Assembly (NCBI GenBank): GCA_963842185.1
Contig: CAWJFL010000018.1
Span: 1,262 to 65,261, forward strand
Direction of reading: 5' to 3'
Origin: an uncultured Verrucomicrobiae bacterium
GTDB lineage: Bacteria; Verrucomicrobiota; Verrucomicrobiia; Palsa-1439
Length of the DNA: 64,000 nt
Part shown: in pieces, positions 32,645 through 40,930 of the stretch
Numbering within the stretch: the first letter of the stretch is position 1
Layout of the letters: every line of letters begins with the position of its first letter
Notes under the pieces: generated by a model
The model's input: only the letters and a program-made list of their open reading frames with translations
Database searches by the model: none
Told to the model about the DNA's origin: nothing
Program-made: the position numbers and the translations under genes

Positions 32645-33070
32645 TCATTGCCTTCTTACCGTTACGTCGATGAGGCCGAGATCAAGGTCGGCCAGTTTCG
32701 CGAATGCGGCGCGGCTCAGGTCGATCTTTCGACCCTCCTTAACCAGGAATTTGGCTGGGCCGCGATCCGTGATTTCTACGATCACGCTCCGGTTCTCGTG
32801 CGTCACGACGACCTTCGTGCCGAGATCGTAAAACCACGATGCCGCCGTGAGCTTGTCGGGATCGAATCGCTGGCCATTGGCCATCAGTAAACCGCGATGC
32901 CTTTCGCCATACCATGATGCCCGGTCGGCGGCCTGACAGGCCAGACACGAAACCAGCAAGAACGTGGCGAGCACCGCCCCTGTCGATGTGAATCGACTGC
33001 GTGACCTCCGCTTCCACTGGCGGGCACGTTGCCGGATTCGATCCTCTGTCGAGCAACTCACATTCATCAC
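32645..33070 (-). CDS. RlpA-like double-psi beta-barrel lytic transglycosylase
   Basis: ASWYG..MANGQRFD..TAAS..ITDRGP..IDLSRAAF. Confidence 0.88.
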   Translation of the reverse strand: MMNVSCSTEDRIRQRARQWKRRSRSRFTSTGAVLATFLLVSCLACQAADRASWYGERHRGLLMANGQRFDPDKLTAASWFYDLGTKVVVTHENRSVIVEITDRGPAKFLVKEGRKIDLSRAAFAKLADLDLGLIDVTVRRQ

Positions 33071-33097
33071 GCACCTCCTGGATGAAGTTGTTTGCCG

Positions 33098-33520
33098 CTA
33101 CGCTACCTGGTCCGACATTTTCCCGGATCGGGAACAGGCCTTTGATTGCCGACCGTGTTGCCAGTCATGACCCAACGCAAATAATTCTGCGGGCATGGAC
33201 GGCAACCCAAAATTCGCCGCGTCTCGATTGGCATAATCGATCTGTTCGATCTCGGCCATCGAAAGCAACAAATCAACTCGGGCGGCTTTCGAGTTGAAAA
33301 AGTTGCCCATCACCTTGCGGACGTGGAGCTCGCCTTTCTTATCTCGCTTCAAAATGGCATAGTTCCAACCCGCCACGCTTTCGCCTTGGGCAATCGTACC
33401 GAGTAGCGTTCCCGAACGATTGGAAAACCATTCAACCTGATCCACCATCAAGTTCTCGACGGCGGCGTTTTGAGGCAGTAACCGGTCAAACTCGGGACGG
33501 GAGATGGTTCTAATACTCAT
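33098..33520 (-). CDS. Hypothetical protein (paralogue A)
   Basis: Closely similar to 36081-36413 (EFDRLLP..VEWFSNRSG.LLGTIA..WNYAIL.RDK.G). Confidence 0.75.
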   Translation of the reverse strand: MSIRTISRPEFDRLLPQNAAVENLMVDQVEWFSNRSGTLLGTIAQGESVAGWNYAILKRDKKGELHVRKVMGNFFNSKAARVDLLLSMAEIEQIDYANRDAANFGLPSMPAELFALGHDWQHGRQSKACSRSGKMSDQVA

Positions 33521-33797
33521 TTTGTTGCATCCTTTTCTTGGAGGGGCAGCGCGCGCCCCCTGCGATCTCCTGGCAATCTAGAGTCATCATACAGTTGCCG
33601 CAATTGGCAGAATTCTGAATTTCGCCTAGGAAACGCTCCTATCCCGTCAGTTTCGACCAGACGAACTGCCGGGAATAATTTTCCGTGTCGAGTTACTCCG
33701 AAATGTGTTCGTTTGTTCATCGCCCAAGCCAACCGTCCTCCAGTAGCCAGATACTCAGTGTCTCCCGTCGCACTCTCATATCGATCACGCATGGTGT

Positions 33798-34472
33798 TTA
33801 GCGATGCGGGTTCGCCGTGTTGATCATGTAGTCGATGACTTTTTCACTCACGCCACCGTGCTTCAGGTCGATGATCTCAGCTGTCGTCAAATGATAGACC
33901 GCTTGCGAATTGCGAATCTGGCTGAGAATGACTTCGTCACTGAGCCCCGCCTTTACCAACGCTTTCACATCCGCCAAGCTAAGCGTTCTCAGCGTTTGGC
34001 TGGCAGAGCCATGCGGAGTTGCGCCTGGCGCTGGTGACGACGAATCGCGATCCGCAACGACCGCTGAAGGCGGAGGGTTAACATCCGGTACCGCCGCGGC
34101 CGGCGGTGCACTGTAGACCGTTTGCGGCGAGTCGTACACGGGCGGCGGGTAGTCGTTGTAATCGTAGGGGTAGTCATACCCGTAGTAATAAGGCCAACCA
34201 TATGCGTAGTACGGATAGCCGCCCCAGCCCCAGCCCCAGCCGTAGCCGCCCCACCCACCGTACCCATAACGCCCGTATCCGCCGTGGTACCCACCGTAAT
34301 AGCCACCGCCGCTTCCGCCGAATCCACCGTGTCCGCCGAATCCACCGTGGCCACCCCCGCCACCTCCGCCGTGTCCACCCCCGCCGCCGAAGGCGAACGC
34401 CGTTGTGGAAACCAAAACACTGAGGCAGATCGTAATGACTGCCACACCGAGAATTTTGGCTGCTTGTTTCAT
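33798..34472 (-). CDS. Secreted Gly/Tyr-rich protein with a C-terminal helical domain
   Basis: Signal peptide, GGH/GGY repeats, Pro-rich linker, DVKALVKAGLSDEVILSQI..GVSEKVIDYMI. Confidence 0.8.
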   Translation of the reverse strand: MKQAAKILGVAVITICLSVLVSTTAFAFGGGGGHGGGGGGGHGGFGGHGGFGGSGGGYYGGYHGGYGRYGYGGWGGYGWGWGWGGYPYYAYGWPYYYGYDYPYDYNDYPPPVYDSPQTVYSAPPAAAVPDVNPPPSAVVADRDSSSPAPGATPHGSASQTLRTLSLADVKALVKAGLSDEVILSQIRNSQAVYHLTTAEIIDLKHGGVSEKVIDYMINTANPHR

Positions 34473-34491
34473 AGGGCGCTCCTTTCCATTG

Positions 34492-35028
34492 TCAATCCCC
34501 CACCCTGAAATTCCTCAGCCTGCCCCACCGTTTGATTTCCCTAAGTTGGTCCTCTCGACCTGTCACCCCATGCAAGTCCAGTTCATTCCATTCAATCCGG
34601 CCGCCGAGAAGAGGTTGCAAGCCGGAGGACAATTTCCTGCATGTGTTTGAGACCACCTGCTCGACATCGACGGCAGGTATACCCCTCGTGCTCATAAGGG
34701 TCTCCTTCGTTGACCCATCCTTGCGGAAGAACTTATTCGCGATGTGCATGTCAAACAAAGCCGTTGCATCCCTCCACACGATGAAGATGACAAAAACCAT
34801 CGCCGTGCCGTTGGTTAGCCCAATCTCGCCGCTGTGTCGTATCGAGTAAAAGCGGTCAGCGACTTTGAGAACCAAAAAGTCGGGTTTGTCGAAGTCATCC
34901 GCTTTGAAATACATGCTGCCGCGCGTTGACCGTGTGTGGGAGAAATCTGCTGTCTCCGCCCTCTTCATCACCGCGTCAGCCTGCGAGTAAGCACCGTAAC
35001 CGGCGACTTCGGTGTCTCTATCTTTCAT
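34492..35028 (-). CDS. Hypothetical protein
   Basis: 178-aa ORF directly downstream of a sigma-54 promoter. Confidence 0.55.
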   Translation of the reverse strand: MKDRDTEVAGYGAYSQADAVMKRAETADFSHTRSTRGSMYFKADDFDKPDFLVLKVADRFYSIRHSGEIGLTNGTAMVFVIFIVWRDATALFDMHIANKFFRKDGSTKETLMSTRGIPAVDVEQVVSNTCRKLSSGLQPLLGGRIEWNELDLHGVTGREDQLREIKRWGRLRNFRVGD

Positions 35029-35048
35029 AAGTCACTTCCATCTTCATG

Positions 35049-35260
35049 GTGAACCACCGCTATGTGCATTCGCACAGGCAATGCCAATCGCGCCGGGCGT
35101 GATGTAACTGGTTGCGATACAAACAGAAAGGATGGCGCCAATGGAAAGCGGATTCAGGTTGTAAAGCCAGTCTGGCAGCCTCACGGCTAGCGGCGTGTGC
35201 CACCATGGCAGAATCGTCGAGGAGATCTCGCCCCGGCAGTGAACAGCGGGGTTTGGTCAA
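35049..35260 (-). promoter_or_regulatory. Sigma-54 promoter/enhancer module, copy 1
   Basis: TGGCATTGCCTGTGC at 35086-35072. Palindromes at 35165-35177 and 35198-35210. Homologous to 36594-36807. Confidence 0.75.
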
Positions 35261-35280
35261 ACCCCGACCAAGTGAAACAA

Positions 35281-35949
35281 TCAGAGATTGAGACTGAAAA
35301 CTTGGGTGCCCTTGGGAGGAGAAAACTCTCCGATCTCGGTGATCAGGCCGTGCTTAAGCGCATCGTCCGCCGCAAACCAAAACTCCTTGTTTCTGAAGTC
35401 CGACCATTGAGCTTCGGAAAAGTCGAGATGCGACCGCAAAATACTGTTCAGTCTTTGTTCGTCGATTTTGAGCGAGGTCAAAACCGATTCTAGTTCGTCT
35501 GTTGTCATGAGCTGCGGTGCGCATGTTGGCCGATGGAGCATAAACATGGCATGACGGCTGGCGACGCGCCGTTTGCCGGCCAGAAAACAGATGACCGCCG
35601 CTGATTGCACGCTACCTGAATTGTAAACAGAAACGTCTAGCGGTGCCGATTTTAAGAAATTATACAGCGCGATTCCGTCGCTGATCGTGCCGCCGTTTGA
35701 CTGAATTAGTAAATGAAGATGCTTATTCTGCGTCTTTTGTTGCGTGACGAGGGCAAAATTGTTGAAGAATTTCTGCACGGTATTCTGATCTATTACTCCT
35801 GAAAACAGAGCAAAGAAGTCTTGAGAAGGACGAAGGTTGGGGTCGGAAACCGTTTCTGCTCTTTGCTGGAAATTGCGGACTGCTGCCGACCTGGGGATTT
35901 CGGTCGGACCTTCCAGTACTCGACCTGCTCCATGCAATAGCGTTGTCAT
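35281..35949 (-). CDS. ClpP-like protease subunit
   Basis: LIQSNGG..GIALYN..VQSAA..FMLHRP..FAADDALKHGLITEI. Confidence 0.85.
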   Translation of the reverse strand: MTTLLHGAGRVLEGPTEIPRSAAVRNFQQRAETVSDPNLRPSQDFFALFSGVIDQNTVQKFFNNFALVTQQKTQNKHLHLLIQSNGGTISDGIALYNFLKSAPLDVSVYNSGSVQSAAVICFLAGKRRVASRHAMFMLHRPTCAPQLMTTDELESVLTSLKIDEQRLNSILRSHLDFSEAQWSDFRNKEFWFAADDALKHGLITEIGEFSPPKGTQVFSLNL

Positions 35950-36080
35950 AACAGCTCCCTTCCTTATGCGACATCCGTCGCTTTTTGCAGCGCCCTCATT
36001 GCGACGGAGTCAATCGCGGCCCGTCGCAGAGGAAGGAACTGCGGGCAAACGCCAACGGCGTCCCGTGTTTGTTGTCCCAG

Positions 36081-36413
36081 TCATCGCATGGCAAATGGTT
36101 TCCGCAGGTAAACCCGCCACTTTTCAATGGGCGAGTTATCGATCTCCGCCATCGAAAGCAACAATTCGACCCTGGCAGCCATCAGGCTGGAAACATTGTT
36201 CATCATCTTGCGGACGTGGGAACCGCCGTTCTTATCCCGCCTCAAAATGGCATAATTCCAGCCCTCCGCGCTTTCGTCTTTGGCAATCGTACCGAGCAGG
36301 TATCCTGACCGATTGGAAAACCATTCGACCTCTTCCCCCATCAAGTTCTCCAAGGTGGCATTGCGTGGCAGCAACCGGTCAAACTCGGTCCGATGGATGG
36401 CTCTAATGCTCAT
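36081..36413 (-). CDS. Hypothetical protein (paralogue B)
   Basis: Paralogue of 33098-33520. Confidence 0.75.
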   Translation of the reverse strand: MSIRAIHRTEFDRLLPRNATLENLMGEEVEWFSNRSGYLLGTIAKDESAEGWNYAILRRDKNGGSHVRKMMNNVSSLMAARVELLLSMAEIDNSPIEKWRVYLRKPFAMR

Positions 36414-36593
36414 CTTTTGCAAAGAAAGCGACGGTTTCACGTTGATCCGTTACGACGACGGGGGTTCAGCGCACAATACGTTACACGCATTCGGCGAGTC
36501 GTTGGTGCCACACGTGAAGCGTCGCATGTTTTGGTAATGCCCCCCGCCGCGCTGTTGATCCTTAACTCTTATGAAGCCTCTTGTTTCTGTCTG

Positions 36594-36807
36594 GTGAACA
36601 ACCGCGTTGTGTACTTGCACAGCCGATGCCAATCGCGCCGGGCTTGATGTAACAGGTTGCGGTCCAAGTGGAAAAATTGCCGCCGACGGCAAGCGGATTT
36701 ATGTTGGTGAGCCAGTCTGGCAGTTTCACGGCCAACGGCCTGTGCCGCCATGGCAGAATGTGGAGAAGATTTCGGACCGCAGTATGGACCACGGCGGGTT
36801 TGGTCAA
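36594..36807 (-). promoter_or_regulatory. Sigma-54 promoter/enhancer module, copy 2
   Basis: TGGCATCGGCTGTGC at 36631-36617. Palindromes at 36710-36722 and 36743-36755. Confidence 0.75.
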
Positions 36808-37193
36808 GAAGCTGGTGGCGCGAGTACGCGGTCGATCGTGGCGAGCAGTCGCTGGGTGTCCACTGGTTTCTCCAAGAACGCGGTCGCGCCCAGTTGATAC
36901 GATTCCGTCTTCGCCTCGGGACTCCCAAAGGCCGTGATGATGATCACCGGCACCTCGGGATAGGCCTGCTTGACACCGCGCAGGATGCCCATTCCGTCGA
37001 TCACTGGCATCCGCAGGTCGGTGATGATCAAGTCGAAGTACTGTTGCCCGTTGCTCAAGAACTTCACCGCCGCCTCGGCGCTTGACGCGCTGGCCACCAT
37101 GCACCCTTCGCCGCTCAACACCCTGTTGAGTGCCCGCAGCATTCCCACGTCATCGTCAATGATCAACACGGATCTGTTTCCAATCTTTCCCAT
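36804..37193 (-). CDS. Single-domain response regulator
   Basis: VLIIDDD..ITDLRMPVIDG..ITAFG..FLEKP. Confidence 0.9.
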   Translation of the reverse strand: MGKIGNRSVLIIDDDVGMLRALNRVLSGEGCMVASASSAEAAVKFLSNGQQYFDLIITDLRMPVIDGMGILRGVKQAYPEVPVIIITAFGSPEAKTESYQLGATAFLEKPVDTQRLLATIDRVLAPPAS

Positions 37194-37207
37194 GCCCGTT
37201 CCCGTTA

Positions 37208-37347
37208 GCACCGCCAGTGCCACACTCCTGAATTGGTGTGCAATTGTCTGCGGGAGAACCGTATCCACCGTTCCGCATCACGTTCTCCAGCCGTCCGGTT
37301 GAAGGACGTTATGCCACAACGGCAGCCTGCATACTGCCAGTTCGGCG
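37208..37347 (-). promoter_or_regulatory. Sigma-54 promoter with upstream activator-like sites
   Basis: TGGCACTGGCGGTGC at 37222-37208. TGCCACAACGGCA (37312-37324) and TGCCAGTTCGGCG (37335-37347). Confidence 0.65.
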
Positions 37348-37352
37348 GAACC

Positions 37353-38723
37353 CTACTTCGCCGAGTCGGAGAAGTGACGGTACATGGTGCGTGGGGGGAT
37401 ACCGAGAATGCGGGCGGCTTTGAGCTTGTTGCCGTCGCACTGTCGAATCGTGGCTTCCACCAACCGCTTGGTGGCCTCGTCCACAGTCGTGCCGATGGGA
37501 ATCGAAATGGCCGGCCCACCCGGCGTATTCGATGCCGTTTCGACAACGCCACCGGCCGCGGGGCTGAACGAGAACCTGGTGATCGTGTCGCCGGTTGCCA
37601 GTGCCACCGCCCGCTGGATGACGTGTTCGAGTTCGCGGACGTTGCCCGGCCACGAGTATCCCCGCAGCTGATCGAGCGCGGCGGGCGCAATGGAGCGCAC
37701 GTCCTTGCCCATCTCCGTGGCACAGTCTATGAGGAAATGCTCCGCCAGTAGCAGGATGTCCTCACCGCGTTCCCGCAGCGGCGACAGCGAAATCTCGATG
37801 GTGTTGATTCGATAGTAAAGGTCGGACCGGAACCTGCCAGCGGTGATCGCCTTCGGAATGTCGGTGTGTGTCGCGCTCAGCAATCGCACGTCCGCGTGGA
37901 GCTCCTTCGTACTGCCCAACCGCTGGAAGCTCCCGTCCTGCAGCACGCGGAGCAGTTTGGCTTGCAGTTGGGGACTCATCTCCGCGATCTCGTCCAGCAG
38001 CAACGTCCCGCCGTTGGCCAACTCGAACTTGCCGGGCTTGGCGGCGGTCGCGCCTGTGAAGGCGCCGCGTTCGTGCCCGAACAGCTCGCTTTCCAGAAGC
38101 GTATCGGGAATCGCCGCGCAACTGATCTTCCGCAGCGGTTTGTCGTGGCGGTCGCTGAGAAGGTGGATCGCGTCGGCGACGATCTCTTTCCCGGTGCCAC
38201 TCTCACCGGTGATCAGTACGCCAACGTTGGTCGGCGCGATCTGGCGAATGATCTGTTTGACGGCTGCCAAGGCGGGGCTGTCCCCAATCAGCCCGACGAT
38301 CCCGCGTTGCCGCTGGAGTTGCCGTCGCAGATGAATGTTCTCGGCGGCCAGGCGTTGTTTGGCCAATGCGTTGGCGACCGTTTTCAACAGCGCCACGCTG
38401 TCGAGCGGTTTCTCGATGAAATCGTACGCGCCAAGCTTCATCGCTTCGACCGCTTTCTCGACATTGCCGTGCCCGGTGATCATCACCACCTCCACTTCCG
38501 GGCGTCGCTCCCGAATCTGCTGCAACAACGCGTTTCCATCGAGGTCGGGCAGGAATAAATCGGAAATCACCAGCCCCACGCCGGGCTCCTGCAACAACTC
38601 CAGCGCTTCCCGCCCCGAGCCGGCGCGGGTCACCTGGTAGCCCTCGGCGGAGAGCACTTTGCCCGCGGCAGTGCGCAGACGCTCGTCGTCGTCCACCAGC
38701 AGGATATTCGCTCGGTTTGCCAT
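37353..38723 (-). CDS. Sigma-54-dependent response regulator (NtrC/AtoC/ZraR family)
   Basis: REC, GESGTGKE, GAFTGA, WPGNVREL and a Fis-type HTH. Confidence 0.95.
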   Translation of the reverse strand: MANRANILLVDDDERLRTAAGKVLSAEGYQVTRAGSGREALELLQEPGVGLVISDLFLPDLDGNALLQQIRERRPEVEVVMITGHGNVEKAVEAMKLGAYDFIEKPLDSVALLKTVANALAKQRLAAENIHLRRQLQRQRGIVGLIGDSPALAAVKQIIRQIAPTNVGVLITGESGTGKEIVADAIHLLSDRHDKPLRKISCAAIPDTLLESELFGHERGAFTGATAAKPGKFELANGGTLLLDEIAEMSPQLQAKLLRVLQDGSFQRLGSTKELHADVRLLSATHTDIPKAITAGRFRSDLYYRINTIEISLSPLRERGEDILLLAEHFLIDCATEMGKDVRSIAPAALDQLRGYSWPGNVRELEHVIQRAVALATGDTITRFSFSPAAGGVVETASNTPGGPAISIPIGTTVDEATKRLVEATIRQCDGNKLKAARILGIPPRTMYRHFSDSAK

Positions 38724-38724
38724 C

Positions 38725-39846
38725 TCAGGATCCCTCGTCAAGCGGAAGGTAGATTGTGAACGTGCTGCCTTTCCCGACAGCACTGGAGCACTCGATGTGG
38801 CCGCCATGTTCGGTTACGATCTGCTGCGCCAGTGTCAACCCCAAACCCGTTCCTTTGGCTTTCGTGCTGAGAAACGGCTTGAAGACCTGTCGTGCCTGTT
38901 TCTCGCTCATTCCCGCGCCGGTGTCTGTGACCCTCAAGAGCACCTGATCACCATCACGCTGTGTGCTGACAGTCATCACGCCGCCATTCGGCATCGCTTC
39001 CAAGCCGTTGCGGATCAGGTTGAGCATGGCTTGCCACAACTGATCGCCGTCAACGTTGACAGGGCCTAGGGACGCGTCGAACTCCGTCCGCTCTTCCACG
39101 TTGGCCTCGTCAAACGCGGCTTGCATGAAGGCGAGCTTTTGATCGAGAAACTCATTTAACGCCAGGGGCTTTCGTTGCGCCTTCGGAAGTCGGGCGAACT
39201 GCAGGTACTCTTCAATCACGTGTTGGATGCGATGAACCTCCTCACGCATTTCATTGACAAGTCCACGACCTTCCTCCGGAGAACGGCTGGCCGATTCGGC
39301 CAGCTTGTCAATCTCCTTGCGAATCAGGTCGAGATTCAACGTGATCGATCCCAGCGGATTGCGGACCTCGTGGGCGACTTCTGCGGCCATTGTGCCGGCC
39401 GTGGCGAGACGCTCGGCTTGAAGCTTGGCCGCTTCGGCGCGCTCACGCTGCGCGATTTCTGCCTGGAGCGCCGCCGTCCGTTGCTGGACGGTTTCCTCCA
39501 GATAATCGTGGGCGGTTTGGAAGGCCGACAACAGATACACCACGACGACGAAAAATGCGAACAGCATCAGGCCGTTCCAATACAGAATGACAGGATGCCC
39601 CGGGGTGTAGACGCTCATCCGATAGGCGATTAACCAAACGGCCGTGGCGACCGCCGCCATGAACAAGCCCGTCTTGCGTCCCACTGTCCAGCAGACCCAG
39701 CTAATCGGTATCAAATAGAATGCGGTAACATGAACTTCCGACCCCATCCGGTAATCCACCACACCGATCGACGCGACCAATACCAGGGCCAACGCCATGA
39801 CAGTCTGCTTTGGCAGTAACAACGGACGCTGGATCAGCCTTCTCAT
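38725..39846 (-). CDS. Membrane sensor histidine kinase
   Basis: Four TM helices, AHEVRNPL, NLIRNGLEA, DTGAGM, GTGLGL. Confidence 0.92.
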   Translation of the reverse strand: MRRLIQRPLLLPKQTVMALALVLVASIGVVDYRMGSEVHVTAFYLIPISWVCWTVGRKTGLFMAAVATAVWLIAYRMSVYTPGHPVILYWNGLMLFAFFVVVVYLLSAFQTAHDYLEETVQQRTAALQAEIAQRERAEAAKLQAERLATAGTMAAEVAHEVRNPLGSITLNLDLIRKEIDKLAESASRSPEEGRGLVNEMREEVHRIQHVIEEYLQFARLPKAQRKPLALNEFLDQKLAFMQAAFDEANVEERTEFDASLGPVNVDGDQLWQAMLNLIRNGLEAMPNGGVMTVSTQRDGDQVLLRVTDTGAGMSEKQARQVFKPFLSTKAKGTGLGLTLAQQIVTEHGGHIECSSAVGKGSTFTIYLPLDEGS

Positions 39847-40299
39847 GGCCGTTATATCGACCCATCGAATTCGATTTGCTGGAGTGCTGCGGCCCGCTTC
39901 ACGGGTACGGTCACCGTGTCTCCCAGCAACGCCGTCGAACACTCGACTTGCTGCATTTCCCGCATCACATCACAGAGCGGGGTCTAGGGATTCTGGCAAT
40001 CGGCAGCGGTTGTAAGAAAATCGCCTGTGCTGCACTGTTTTCATAACACTGCAAACCTGCCACAGGTATGCTTGTGTGCAAGTTTCTGAAGGAATTTTAA
40101 TCTGGCTCATGTGACCTGTCTGTGGCCGCTTCCCCCTGCTGTAATGATTTGGTTTGCTGTGTTCGTACGGCGAGGCCTCCAGCGGCAACAAAGCGGGAGT
40201 ATGCGAAGCTCGGGGAGTTGACAGCGCGACGAAACAATCTACACTATTCTCGTTACAGAGTCGCAGGCAACGCGTTCCGACTCGGAAAGGAGCATCCGT

Positions 40300-40797
40300 A
40301 TGATCGCTCATTTACGGTCACTCATGGCTGCGGGATTTCTCTCCCTGGCAGCCGCGTGCACGACACCGCAAGCCATCGTATTGCACAACTCCGTCGGCCC
40401 CGATCCGATGGGCCAGGCTCGGTCGACATCGAATGGATTCTTGACGGTTTACACCGCCATGAAAACCTACCCGGTGGACGACGAAACGTACTATCGTGTT
40501 CATACCGATTACGGCATCTATGATATGACCGGCCATCGAGTGATGAGCGTTCGCAATGCGGCGACCTATCATGACCCGAGACCCAGGACGGTCGCATTGC
40601 CCGAAGGCCGCTACACGATCGAGGGCTGGGCCGACGGGTATCAGTTGCTCAAAGTGCCCGTTGTGATTAGAGCGGGTCGCGTGACCACTGTGAACCTGGA
40701 AGCCAACAAGCGGAACCTGTTCTTGGGAGCCAGGGACAATGACGTCGTGCGAGCACCCGATGGCCACATCATCGGTTGGTCGGCCCACGAGTCGTAA
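40300..40797 (+). CDS. Hypothetical lipoprotein
   Basis: RBS AGGAG. Lipobox LAAAC. Confidence 0.7.
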   Translation: MIAHLRSLMAAGFLSLAAACTTPQAIVLHNSVGPDPMGQARSTSNGFLTVYTAMKTYPVDDETYYRVHTDYGIYDMTGHRVMSVRNAATYHDPRPRTVALPEGRYTIEGWADGYQLLKVPVVIRAGRVTTVNLEANKRNLFLGARDNDVVRAPDGHIIGWSAHES

Positions 40798-40930
40798 AGA
40801 TCACATGGGTAAGCCGATCTCGTCACACGGAGCGGCGTTGCGCGACTGTTCGGGCTGACGCCAACGGAGTGGATGCCCGGGGTTGCCAACCCGCACTCTG
40901 GCAAAGCACACGGAATGGGGTGATACTGGG

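Noticed and set aside
33555-33615. Fifth sigma-54 promoter/enhancer upstream of 33520
   Set aside because: No TGGC-type -24 element, and the dyad TGCCG-N4-TGGCA has the wrong spacing.
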